DNA from: a phage
Assembly (NCBI GenBank): GCA_027568095.1
Contig: GCA_027568095.1_4956.1
Strand: one strand, 5' to 3'
Length of the DNA stretch: 58,547 nt
Shown: in pieces, positions 7,978-15,945 of the stretch
Layout: every line of letters starts with the position of its first letter
How positions within the stretch are numbered: position 1 is the stretch's first letter
Position numbers and translations under genes: made by a program
Notes under the pieces: generated by a model
Seen by the model: the letters and a program-made list of their open reading frames with translations, nothing else
The model's database searches: none
Told to the model about the DNA's origin: nothing

Positions 7978-8214
7978 TTAACGCACCTCGACATCAATCA
8001 TTAAATCTTCTGGTACTGTCACCACAACGCGGTCGTTTTCGCAAAATGGTGATAGCGGTTCCTCTTCCGGTTGTAAGCGAAGGGTAAGTGTTGCCCCGTG
8101 GTAATTGATATAACGCACCCAATACCAGTCGTTAAATACTTCAATCTTGTCACCCGGTTTAATATTACGGGCAACGGTTGGATTCATCAGTCGGATAGTC
8201 ATACTTTCACCCAT
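7978..8214 (-). CDS. hypothetical protein (74-78 aa)
   Basis: Two candidate ATGs (8214 or 8202); 8202 forms ATGA overlap with upstream stop. Confidence 0.45.
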   Translation of the reverse strand: MGESMTIRLMNPTVARNIKPGDKIEVFNDWYWVRYINYHGATLTLRLQPEEEPLSPFCENDRVVVTVPEDLMIDVEVR

Positions 8215-8423
8215 CCTTTACCACGGATACAACGAATCAGACCACGTTTTTTTAACGCTTGTAAACGGCGATCCAATACGCGAAATCCTTCATATTTAAC
8301 AGTTGCTAATTTTTCACATTCTTCACGAACATCACGAACAAAGATATTCATAAATTCTGTTGGGTGACCACCGATTTTATTTAAAATCAATTTGTCGAGT
8401 TTTTCATATTTGTTAGTTTTCAT
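8199..8423 (-). CDS. hypothetical protein (74 aa)
   Basis: GGCGGG RBS; operon context. Confidence 0.45.
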   Translation of the reverse strand: MKTNKYEKLDKLILNKIGGHPTEFMNIFVRDVREECEKLATVKYEGFRVLDRRLQALKKRGLIRCIRGKGWVKV

Positions 8424-8493
8424 AGTTACCCGCCTATTGATACAGTACGTACTTCTGGGTCATACGATGCTGAAAATTCGTCAGTAACATCTC

Positions 8494-8613
8494 TCACATA
8501 ACGAACGTAATTATTAAATTCACCCCCCCGTGATCATGGTATTTAATGATCACTGTTGCTTCTGGTGGCATTTTCTTTAATTGTTTAATCAACTCACGTA
8601 CTGTCACAGTCAT
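8494..8613 (-). CDS. small protein, possibly truncated at a C7/G7 homopolymer (8523-8529)
   Basis: ATGA overlap with upstream gene; with one extra G the frame would run to TAA at 8426-8428, abutting the next start. Confidence 0.3.
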   Translation of the reverse strand: MTVTVRELIKQLKKMPPEATVIIKYHDHGGVNLIITFVM

Positions 8614-8771
8614 TTCTTCTTACTCCCGGTTACTTTAGCAATCCAATAATTTTCATTAACGCTGGGAAAACTGTTATTGAACTTACACTGACGTTCTTCT
8701 TCTTTTGTCAACGGTTTAAATTTAGAACGACAGGTCAACGTACCGTAAATTGATGTTAAGTTGTCTGACAT
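8610..8771 (-). CDS. small protein (53 aa)
   Basis: GGAG RBS 7 nt upstream of ATG 8771. Confidence 0.4.
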   Translation of the reverse strand: MSDNLTSIYGTLTCRSKFKPLTKEEERQCKFNNSFPSVNENYWIAKVTGSKKK

Positions 8772-8947
8772 AAACTAGTCTCCTTTAGTGCGCAGGTGGT
8801 TTTTCCAGCGGTTTTGCGCCGCGCTGCGTTTATATTTACAAAGTAAAACGTCACCAGAATGTTTAAGTATTACTAACCATTTTCTATTACTGATTCGGAA
8901 TGGTCTATTCTTTTTAATAAATAAAAGTTTTGCCTTGCGGTTTTTCA

Positions 8948-9712
8948 TCACTGGTAATCCTTCAATGCTTTTAACGCTTCAAACTGTTCAGTCGTTAGTT
9001 CGATAAGAATTTTACCGTCTCCCCGAGGTGCCACAGACCATCCGCCACGGATTGCTTCCACTGCAGATCGTACCAGTTTAGCAGGCGGACGACGCGTGAC
9101 TACTGGTTCTTTATCACCTGCTTTAAACTGGCGAATGGCTGCTGATGCACTAATTTCACCGTTCTGAATACGACGTTTAAGTTCCAGTGGCATATCAAGA
9201 ATATTCAGTTGTTCGTAAACATGTTGGACGGTTTTACCAACCTGTGTAGCAATCTGCTCAACACTCATGCCATATGAACGGAAACGACCGTAAATAACAG
9301 CACGTTCAACAGGCGACCACGGTTTACCCTCGTTACCTTTTAACAGTGTCAGGGTCTGTTGCAGTTCGTCACCGGACGATTCAACAACGTCTACTGTCAG
9401 AATCGGCGTCCCGGCTTCAATAGCTGCTAACACGCCACGTAAACGATGCTCACCATCCTGAACATATGGAACACCGTCAACAACCTGTACCACGATGGGT
9501 GGAACGAAATCGCCGTTGGTATAAGCCTGACGAAAGTTTTCAATGTGTGCCAGTGCTGCTTCAGTTTCCCAGTAGTTGTCGGTAAACACACCGCGTGGGT
9601 TATGCCCTGGACGAATCTTGATAATACGCGGATCAATACGATACGCATTACCACGTTTTACATTGGTTTTATCGGTATCAGATAGCTTGCGAAGGGAGTT
9701 AATGTTAGCCAT
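8948..9712 (-). CDS. ParB-like nuclease domain protein with C-terminal HTH
   Basis: DGEHRLRGVLAA ParB/Srx-type motif; later SVEQIATQVGKTVQHVYEQL HTH-like. Confidence 0.55.
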   Translation of the reverse strand: MANINSLRKLSDTDKTNVKRGNAYRIDPRIIKIRPGHNPRGVFTDNYWETEAALAHIENFRQAYTNGDFVPPIVVQVVDGVPYVQDGEHRLRGVLAAIEAGTPILTVDVVESSGDELQQTLTLLKGNEGKPWSPVERAVIYGRFRSYGMSVEQIATQVGKTVQHVYEQLNILDMPLELKRRIQNGEISASAAIRQFKAGDKEPVVTRRPPAKLVRSAVEAIRGGWSVAPRGDGKILIELTTEQFEALKALKDYQ

Positions 9713-9746
9713 TTGTGTTTAGCCTCACGTGTGTTAACTGAGGCTA

Positions 9747-9775
9747 ATTATCGGGGAGGGTTGGCAATCTGTCAA
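9747..9775 (-). promoter_or_regulatory. conserved-family promoter (TTGACA-17-GATAAT) for ParB-like gene
   Basis: Reverse complement of 9770-9788 is AAAATAATTCTTGACA; -10 GATAAT at 9752..9747; overlaps stop of upstream gene. Confidence 0.5.
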
Positions 9776-9778
9776 GAA

Positions 9779-10141
9779 TTATTTTAAGAAGTTGGTCAGC
9801 GGTTCGAAACGTTTTATACAATCAGCAGGTACATAATCAGTGATTGACTCCCACGAAAAACGACCGGGTTTATGTTGTAAATTAGTAGCGTTTATAACAG
9901 CAACACACCATTCATCAACAGAACCACGATAACCCATTATTGATATAGCCTCAACAGGATTAAAGGTAATGAACACGGGGTGGAAACCGTATAAATTATC
10001 ATAACCACAGGAACGGATGGGAACACCTAACCCACGTTGAAAATCAAGATCACCACGAAGAAGTTTTATCCCCGGTACGATACCTTTCATCAGGATACTT
10101 TCACGGTTTTCCACTTTAGTAATATGATACGCATCAACCAT
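9779..10141 (-). CDS. hypothetical protein (120 aa)
   Basis: ORF start overlaps stop of upstream SLOG-like gene. Confidence 0.45.
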   Translation of the reverse strand: MVDAYHITKVENRESILMKGIVPGIKLLRGDLDFQRGLGVPIRSCGYDNLYGFHPVFITFNPVEAISIMGYRGSVDEWCVAVINATNLQHKPGRFSWESITDYVPADCIKRFEPLTNFLK

Positions 10142-10530
10142 ACGGAACCCACACAGTTAAACCAGCTTTTAACATGCGACGGTGCATATCAGCAGTACCA
10201 CGCCCACCGGGGAACACAACACCGTATGTAGGGCGTGGTTCACCCTCTAACATCGCCTGATTACGTTGATGACCTGCAACAGCGTTATAAGGCCCGTGCT
10301 TACCTTGTTTTACAACCGCACCTGGTACAGTCAGATCATCCCACGCTGCCGGGCAACTACGCACAGGAATACTGTGTAACTGCGCCCATTGCTTACACAG
10401 GTTATCAACACCTGACGCACCACCTTCAATTAGTTCGGTAATGGGGGAATTGTTTGTGAAGTAGTCCTAACGCGGAAAATACTGCTGTTCTGTCGTTGAA
10501 GTCACGACCACCTGTAACGACTATTATCAT
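10134..10530 (-). pseudogene. SLOG/DUF2493-like Rossmann-fold protein interrupted by a frameshift in a C5/G5 tract (10443-10447)
   Basis: ATG 10530 (ATGA overlap with MTase-like stop) gives MIIVVTGGRDFNDRTAVFSALGLLHKQFP then stop; +1 frame continues ITELIEGGASGVDNLCKQWAQ...FPGGRGTADMHRRMLKAGLTVWV. Confidence 0.5.
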
Positions 10531-11207
10531 TGTTTATTAGCCTCAAATACAGCGCGAGCAAAACCACGCGGGGTTAATGAACGTAACTGTTTAGTTGTTT
10601 CAGATTTACCACCCAGATATTTCCAGCCCCAGAAAAAGCCGATGTTAATCGGTCCGGGACGTTTTTCAGGCATTCTGAAACCGTTACCGAACCACAGACA
10701 CGTTTTCTTCGTGTACCCGTCAAACATCGGCATTTTAGGGTGAAAAGGTTTATCATCTGTTGTCATATAACCGCCATATTCCCATGGGTGAAAATAAGCG
10801 TCAGGTGTCCCCATCATTTCAGGACGCGATAAAGCACCGACAGGGTTTTCCACCATCCAGGGTACGTTATAACGTTCTCCGAGTTCCCGGATCAGTTTTG
10901 CGTTTGCCAATGCATACTGTAGTTCAGCGTCATCTCGGTCATGTTGCGAACCGCTTTGAGCAAACAGGGTGCAATCCGGAAAACCAAAAATAATTGACGG
11001 TAAAGGTGTTCCCAGTATTTCCTGCTTAATTGCAAATTGTGGGTCAATCCACTGATTAACGTAATGAAGATTTGGGTGATCAGCTTTAATAAAATATTCC
11101 CCGTGATTAGCGGAATCAGCATTAAAACAATAAACCTGATAACCATGTATCGCCCACGGTAAGCCCATAATCCCGGAACCATCGAATAACGACCAGACAA
11201 TTTTCAT
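10527..11207 (-). CDS. DNA methyltransferase-like protein (cytosine-C5-MTase-like motifs)
   Basis: LFDGSGIMG (motif I-like), GFPDC (PC-like), MVENPVGAL (ENV-like); assignment tentative. Confidence 0.4.
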   Translation of the reverse strand: MKIVWSLFDGSGIMGLPWAIHGYQVYCFNADSANHGEYFIKADHPNLHYVNQWIDPQFAIKQEILGTPLPSIIFGFPDCTLFAQSGSQHDRDDAELQYALANAKLIRELGERYNVPWMVENPVGALSRPEMMGTPDAYFHPWEYGGYMTTDDKPFHPKMPMFDGYTKKTCLWFGNGFRMPEKRPGPINIGFFWGWKYLGGKSETTKQLRSLTPRGFARAVFEANKQ

Positions 11208-11419
11208 CCTTCTGTCTCCTCGACGATCCGCGTGATTTTAACAGGCGCAATTGTTACTTTTCTACAATTGAAACCCTGATCGCGAAGTGCTTTAAGTGCA
11301 ACCCCAGCCATGTAAGTTGAACTGAACAGAGTAGCTTCACTGATATCGACCCAGGTAATCCGGGTATCAATATGTGCATAACGGTCTTCTTTTTTGATTA
11401 CAGCACCGAACTCAGTCAT
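11204..11419 (-). CDS. hypothetical protein (71 aa)
   Basis: ATGA overlap with downstream gene. Confidence 0.4.
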   Translation of the reverse strand: MTEFGAVIKKEDRYAHIDTRITWVDISEATLFSSTYMAGVALKALRDQGFNCRKVTIAPVKITRIVEETEG

Positions 11420-11609
11420 GATCGTTTTTCACTCCCCACATGCAAGCGCCAATTGATGCCGCAGCCGCTAATAATCCAAGACCAGCCAGAAACCACCACG
11501 GCGTTTCCGCATGATTACCACGTGTCATTAGTCCGACAATACAAGACGCGAGCGTTACGGACACAAGGAAAACAATAACAGTAATTAAACGGTCAAATAT
11601 GTTTTTCAT
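11412..11609 (-). CDS. small membrane protein (2 predicted TM)
   Basis: Hydrophobic segments ITVIVFLVSVTLASCIVGL and WWFLAGLGLLAAAASIGA. Confidence 0.45.
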   Translation of the reverse strand: MKNIFDRLITVIVFLVSVTLASCIVGLMTRGNHAETPWWFLAGLGLLAAAASIGACMWGVKNDHD

Positions 11610-11850
11610 GGTTTTTACCTTTCCTATATTCAGGATAGAATTTTGACATAGGCCATACCCAGAATTTAAAAATCATTTTGAAAGTATCTAATTGTGGGTA
11701 AGCATCAAACATACTCTGTTGATGTGTGTCCCAACCACTTTCGTCAGAATAATAAAAATCAATCATTTTTCTTTGTATGACAGCACAAATAATTATACGT
11801 ATAACGATGATTATCCAAAATACAAGTATGAAAATACTAGTTATTAACAT
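11593..11850 (-). CDS. small membrane protein (about 85 aa)
   Basis: First ATG at 11850 with GGAAG RBS; N-terminal TM ITSIFILVFWIIIVIRIIICAVI. Confidence 0.4.
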   Translation of the reverse strand: MLITSIFILVFWIIIVIRIIICAVIQRKMIDFYYSDESGWDTHQQSMFDAYPQLDTFKMIFKFWVWPMSKFYPEYRKGKNHEKHI

Positions 11851-12076
11851 GGTTTTTCTTCCAGTTCCATTCGCGACGTGCAGCCGCTGATGTTGTTTGA
11901 TAAGTGTGACCACAGGATTTACAACGACAGGTGTAAGCGTTTCCGTTTTTACCTGTTACATCAACATTTTCCCAGTTGCGTGTACCAAACCCTAATAAAT
12001 AATCACGTAGATTTCGCTCATAACATTTACTACAACGTAACGAACGAGTTCGACGACATGATCCACGACCACCCAT
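11837..12076 (-). CDS. zinc-finger protein (79 aa)
   Basis: AAGGTG RBS 8 nt upstream; Cys pairs CSKC...CRCKSCGH. Confidence 0.45.
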   Translation of the reverse strand: MGGRGSCRRTRSLRCSKCYERNLRDYLLGFGTRNWENVDVTGKNGNAYTCRCKSCGHTYQTTSAAARREWNWKKNHVNN

Positions 12077-12078
12077 TA

Positions 12079-12291
12079 TTAGTTCACCTTAGCCCACACA
12101 AGTTTATGAATAGACGTTCTGTATTTTCGCGCGGTTATATTAAAATCATGACCCTCGTGATAAATACTTTCGTGTTTCTTGAAGCTGTTAGCAATTAACG
12201 TGAAAGGTAATAGTTGCTTCAGACGATAAAAATAAAACCGTGTTCCGTTAGGACACTGTGAAAGTCTCATTAATCGGTAGCGTGGTTTCAT
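12079..12291 (-). CDS. hypothetical protein (70 aa)
   Basis: AAGGAG RBS 8 nt upstream of ATG 12291, downstream of promoter at 12323-12352. Confidence 0.45.
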   Translation of the reverse strand: MKPRYRLMRLSQCPNGTRFYFYRLKQLLPFTLIANSFKKHESIYHEGHDFNITARKYRTSIHKLVWAKVN

Positions 12292-12322
12292 AACAATCAC
12301 TCCTTGTTCACTTGATGTACAG

Positions 12323-12352
12323 ACTATAGCGCACACATCTGTAATTCGTCAA
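12323..12352 (-). promoter_or_regulatory. conserved-family promoter (TTGACG-18-TATAGT)
   Basis: Reverse complement of 12347-12365 is AAAATAATTCTTGACG. Confidence 0.5.
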
Positions 12353-12381
12353 GAATTATTTTACACATCCTTGTGCAATGA

Positions 12382-14736
12382 CTAACCGTTACTCGCAGGT
12401 GGGAAAGGCACTACATTAGCTGTTGACTGAAAAGGGAGAAGACGAATACCCCTGAAACCGTTTAGTCGAACGTTATTTATATTAACAACGTCTTTTTTCA
12501 CTTTACCACGAAGTGTGGATTTAAATGCCCGACTAAATGAAGTTTTAGTCATTGCTGGACCACCTTCCTGTGTTTTCCAGAGACGATAACGACCATATAG
12601 TTCTTCAGTGTGCACCTCACCATCAGATACCAATTCGCAACAATCTCTGATAAAACTTCTAAGTGGTGATTGTTGATCCATAATTTCCTGACGTTCTTCC
12701 AGACTTGCTTTTGGTTCAGTAAACCGTCCGTTAGCACGTAACCGTTGCAAACCTTCAATCGCCCAGTTACAGATCCCAGGTAGTTCTTTCATCAGTCGTG
12801 CTTCCAGAGTGGTGTCTTCACGACCCAGGAACGAAACGTTGAATGGCAGGATCAGCAAACGGTTAGCCATTGCACCGGAATCATCAGCAAATGCCGGGAT
12901 GTTGTTAGCAGCCAGTGTCATACGTCCCGGTAAACGACCGTTCCACGCACCTTTATACTTACGATTAACCGGAATCGCATCACAACCTGTAATAGATTTG
13001 AAACGGTCCAGAATTCGGTTGCGATCAGGCCCGGACACACTGTGAGCATCACCAATAAACAGCACAGATTTATCCAGCACAGTTTCAAGTACCGCATCAC
13101 TTGCTAAACCCTCCAGTGTGATCCCTGCATATGCTTCGTCACCTACCAGTGCCTGAATAATACGACCGATCGTACCTTTACCGGAACGTGGCGCACCAAT
13201 CAACAGCATCGCTTTCTGATAGTCATACGAGTTGACAAGCATATAACCCAGCCATTCCTGCAACAGTGCAATACGTTCCTGATCACCTTCCAGAGTTGTA
13301 TTAAGAAACTGTTCAAATGCTGGCGCACGGGCAAACGGATCGTAGCTATACGGTAAAATACTGGTCGTAAAGAAATCCGGGTTATGTGCATCACATTTGC
13401 CCGTGTGTACATCCAGTATTCCGTTCTGACAAACAATATAGTGTGATACATCAACGCCGGGCCATGTTCCAAGCTCACGATCAGCCCGTGTGAATAAATA
13501 CGACAATACCTTGTACGTACCATTGATCACGTCAGCTTTTGGTTCGCTGGCAAGCATTGCCATAGAAATTTGATGTTTCAGTTCATCTTCACTGACACGT
13601 TCCCACACGCGACCGTTGAACCGGTACGGCTGTTGCTGGACGAAAATCAATGTGTTGTTCGGATAATAATTATTAACGAACGTGGATGCGTTAACCGTGT
13701 GGTTTGAACCATATGCACCTTCACCGGGTTTCACACTCATGTACGCAGGTGTTCCACCATTAGGAACGATTGTAGGCGCTGGTGTGACTGCTTTCATCAG
13801 TTCTGGTGTCAGCGTCGGTTGACTACGATAAACCGTATCACAACGTTCCACAGCGCCCAGAATTGTGTTTTCACGGTAATCCTGACGATCTGTCCATTTA
13901 CCACGAACCAGTCCGGAACGGTTAAATAGACGTTCAATACGTTCGCAATCTTTCCCGGTCCAGAAAGCAAGGTGTGAGCACAGAGCAGCATCAGCGGCAG
14001 ATGCATTGTAGTCTTTTCCCTGGTCGCTGGGATATGACACAGACAGGCGTTCAACGTTTGCATTCCACAGATCCGCAAATGACGCTTTATTACCAAATAC
14101 TGAAGCAGCACTGGACGAATTTAACGCCATTTTAATCAGTTCATCATCGTCTGCCGGGCCTGACCAGTCATCACAGGGTGCTGTTGTCCAGCGTGCGGAA
14201 CGGTCTGAACGGATACGACCATACCGGGCAATAGAATCATGAATGCCCTGGGTATAATCAATATCAACATCACCATTACCCGTGAGCGTCATCGCGACGA
14301 AACGATCACGCCAGTACATTTCCAGCCCGGTTTTCTGGTCGTTCAGACTGTTAAAACCTTCCGGTATGCTGGTATAAGCACAGATGATATGCAAACCTGT
14401 TCCTGACTGACTGACTTCAGTGTAAGCATTTGGGAAACGGTTTACGAATTCATGCGCCAGTGGTGACCATGTAGCTGTTGCCTGATCTACCAGACAGTTA
14501 TCAACATCAATAAAGAAATAAGGATCGTTTTCTGTGAATACAAAACCAACACCAGACATACCGTACATTTGTGCCATACCTAACGCGGTGTGATAGTCAG
14601 ACCAGTCGTTAGGGTTAGTGGTACTGGCTTTATAACCGTGTACCGGGCTATATGGTACTTTCGTTGGTTTTGGACGATCGGCGACTGTCTCAAGTCGCCA
14701 CATGACCCACTGTTTACGGTTCAGTAACCCTTTCAT
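12382..14736 (-). CDS. DNA primase/helicase (primase-like N-terminus + P-loop NTPase helicase)
   Basis: 784 aa; Walker A GAPRSGKGT; GGAGCG RBS. Confidence 0.65.
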   Translation of the reverse strand: MKGLLNRKQWVMWRLETVADRPKPTKVPYSPVHGYKASTTNPNDWSDYHTALGMAQMYGMSGVGFVFTENDPYFFIDVDNCLVDQATATWSPLAHEFVNRFPNAYTEVSQSGTGLHIICAYTSIPEGFNSLNDQKTGLEMYWRDRFVAMTLTGNGDVDIDYTQGIHDSIARYGRIRSDRSARWTTAPCDDWSGPADDDELIKMALNSSSAASVFGNKASFADLWNANVERLSVSYPSDQGKDYNASAADAALCSHLAFWTGKDCERIERLFNRSGLVRGKWTDRQDYRENTILGAVERCDTVYRSQPTLTPELMKAVTPAPTIVPNGGTPAYMSVKPGEGAYGSNHTVNASTFVNNYYPNNTLIFVQQQPYRFNGRVWERVSEDELKHQISMAMLASEPKADVINGTYKVLSYLFTRADRELGTWPGVDVSHYIVCQNGILDVHTGKCDAHNPDFFTTSILPYSYDPFARAPAFEQFLNTTLEGDQERIALLQEWLGYMLVNSYDYQKAMLLIGAPRSGKGTIGRIIQALVGDEAYAGITLEGLASDAVLETVLDKSVLFIGDAHSVSGPDRNRILDRFKSITGCDAIPVNRKYKGAWNGRLPGRMTLAANNIPAFADDSGAMANRLLILPFNVSFLGREDTTLEARLMKELPGICNWAIEGLQRLRANGRFTEPKASLEERQEIMDQQSPLRSFIRDCCELVSDGEVHTEELYGRYRLWKTQEGGPAMTKTSFSRAFKSTLRGKVKKDVVNINNVRLNGFRGIRLLPFQSTANVVPFPPASNG

Positions 14737-14739
14737 AAT

Positions 14740-14913
14740 TTACGCTCCGAACTGACGTTCAGCAGCCATCAGTTTGACCAGGTTGATAGCAGATCGCCCG
14801 GTAAGCAGATTACGTTTAACATGAATTTCAGTAACGTTCAGACGTTTAGCAACAGCCTCAATACCGTGGTTATCAATCAGTTTTTGCAGACGTTCAATGC
14901 GTTCAGTATTCAT
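14740..14913 (-). CDS. small HTH DNA-binding protein (57 aa)
   Basis: ATGA overlap with upstream stop; VTEIHVKRNLLTGRSAI helix-turn-helix-like. Confidence 0.4.
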   Translation of the reverse strand: MNTERIERLQKLIDNHGIEAVAKRLNVTEIHVKRNLLTGRSAINLVKLMAAERQFGA

Positions 14914-15401
14914 TGTTTAATCCATTTTTCAAATTGTGAAGGATGAGTGATAAAGCGAAATTCACCACCCGCGTTTTCAACAATCGCACCGAAAGTGGCC
15001 TGTGCTTGTGCACGTTTATCACTGGGGATCATGTGCCAGTCAGGGCGTTTCATTTCGGCAGCAATAAAGATACCCACTTTAGAACCGACCATGTCTGGTG
15101 TAACGATTTTGGTTTTAATTCCGATATAGTCGCTTGACTTCATAACAGCGTTGATTTTCGCACTGGTGTTACCAAGACCATAACGAACCATCATTCCTTT
15201 TTCGTTTTTCAGAGCACCTGAGTTATTACGCCAGATACGTTGCCCTGCACGTGCCGCAATCAGTTCACACTCTTTACTGGTGGCGCTTTCACTTACACCG
15301 TCTTCGTGTGGTGTTCCGTCAGGCTGATAAAGAGCGTATAACTCGTACAACGCCATCTGACTAATACCGTGACGAATCGCCCATTGTTCAAGCGTTGTCA
15401 T
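14910..15401 (-). CDS. VRR-NUC-like nuclease
   Basis: SDYIGIKTK...IFIAAEMKRPD...Q pattern typical of the VRR-NUC PD-(D/E)xK fold. Confidence 0.45.
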   Translation of the reverse strand: MTTLEQWAIRHGISQMALYELYALYQPDGTPHEDGVSESATSKECELIAARAGQRIWRNNSGALKNEKGMMVRYGLGNTSAKINAVMKSSDYIGIKTKIVTPDMVGSKVGIFIAAEMKRPDWHMIPSDKRAQAQATFGAIVENAGGEFRFITHPSQFEKWIKQ

Positions 15402-15904
15402 AATGTTTTAGTCCCACTAGTAAGATATTTAATCTGGTGTAAACAGTCGTCTAACGCATTGTGATAAATACCGTCACGGATAAATTCTTTTGGGTTAATA
15501 CCCAGCAAATCAACTGCTGTACGAACATCACGAACATTCCAGAACTTCCACGGGCAACGAACACCAACCGCATTAAACCATGCTTCCAGAATAGTGATGT
15601 CGAATGTGGAACCATTGCCCCACGGTTTAGCATCATGCCAGATGAATTTGGCAAAATGTTTAGCAACCTGAACAGGATCGGCAGTACCACCAAAAGCATC
15701 TTTTTGTGCTTGTTCTGACTGCTGCGACCACCACTTCATAGTGTCAGGGTCTGTGTGACCATAAGCGAGCGCATTAAAACCCATTGATGCGTAAAACGTT
15801 TCACCAATATTACCCTGACGATCAAAGTAAACAGCGCCAATTGACAGCACTGCACAACCCGGTTTAGTACCACACATTTCAATGTCAATCATCAAATCAC
15901 GCAT
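15398..15904 (-). CDS. DnaQ-like 3'-5' exonuclease (DEDDh)
   Basis: Exo I DIEMCG, Exo II NGSTFD, Exo III YHNALDD. Confidence 0.5.
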   Translation of the reverse strand: MRDLMIDIEMCGTKPGCAVLSIGAVYFDRQGNIGETFYASMGFNALAYGHTDPDTMKWWSQQSEQAQKDAFGGTADPVQVAKHFAKFIWHDAKPWGNGSTFDITILEAWFNAVGVRCPWKFWNVRDVRTAVDLLGINPKEFIRDGIYHNALDDCLHQIKYLTSGTKTL

Positions 15905-15945
15905 TACAGTTCCTTACGTTTAAAATATTTCTATGCAGATTACCG

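Noticed and set aside
12549-14111. Several 60-110-aa ORFs on both strands inside the primase-helicase gene
   Set aside because: Nested within a 784-aa gene with Walker A motif; no independent start signals.
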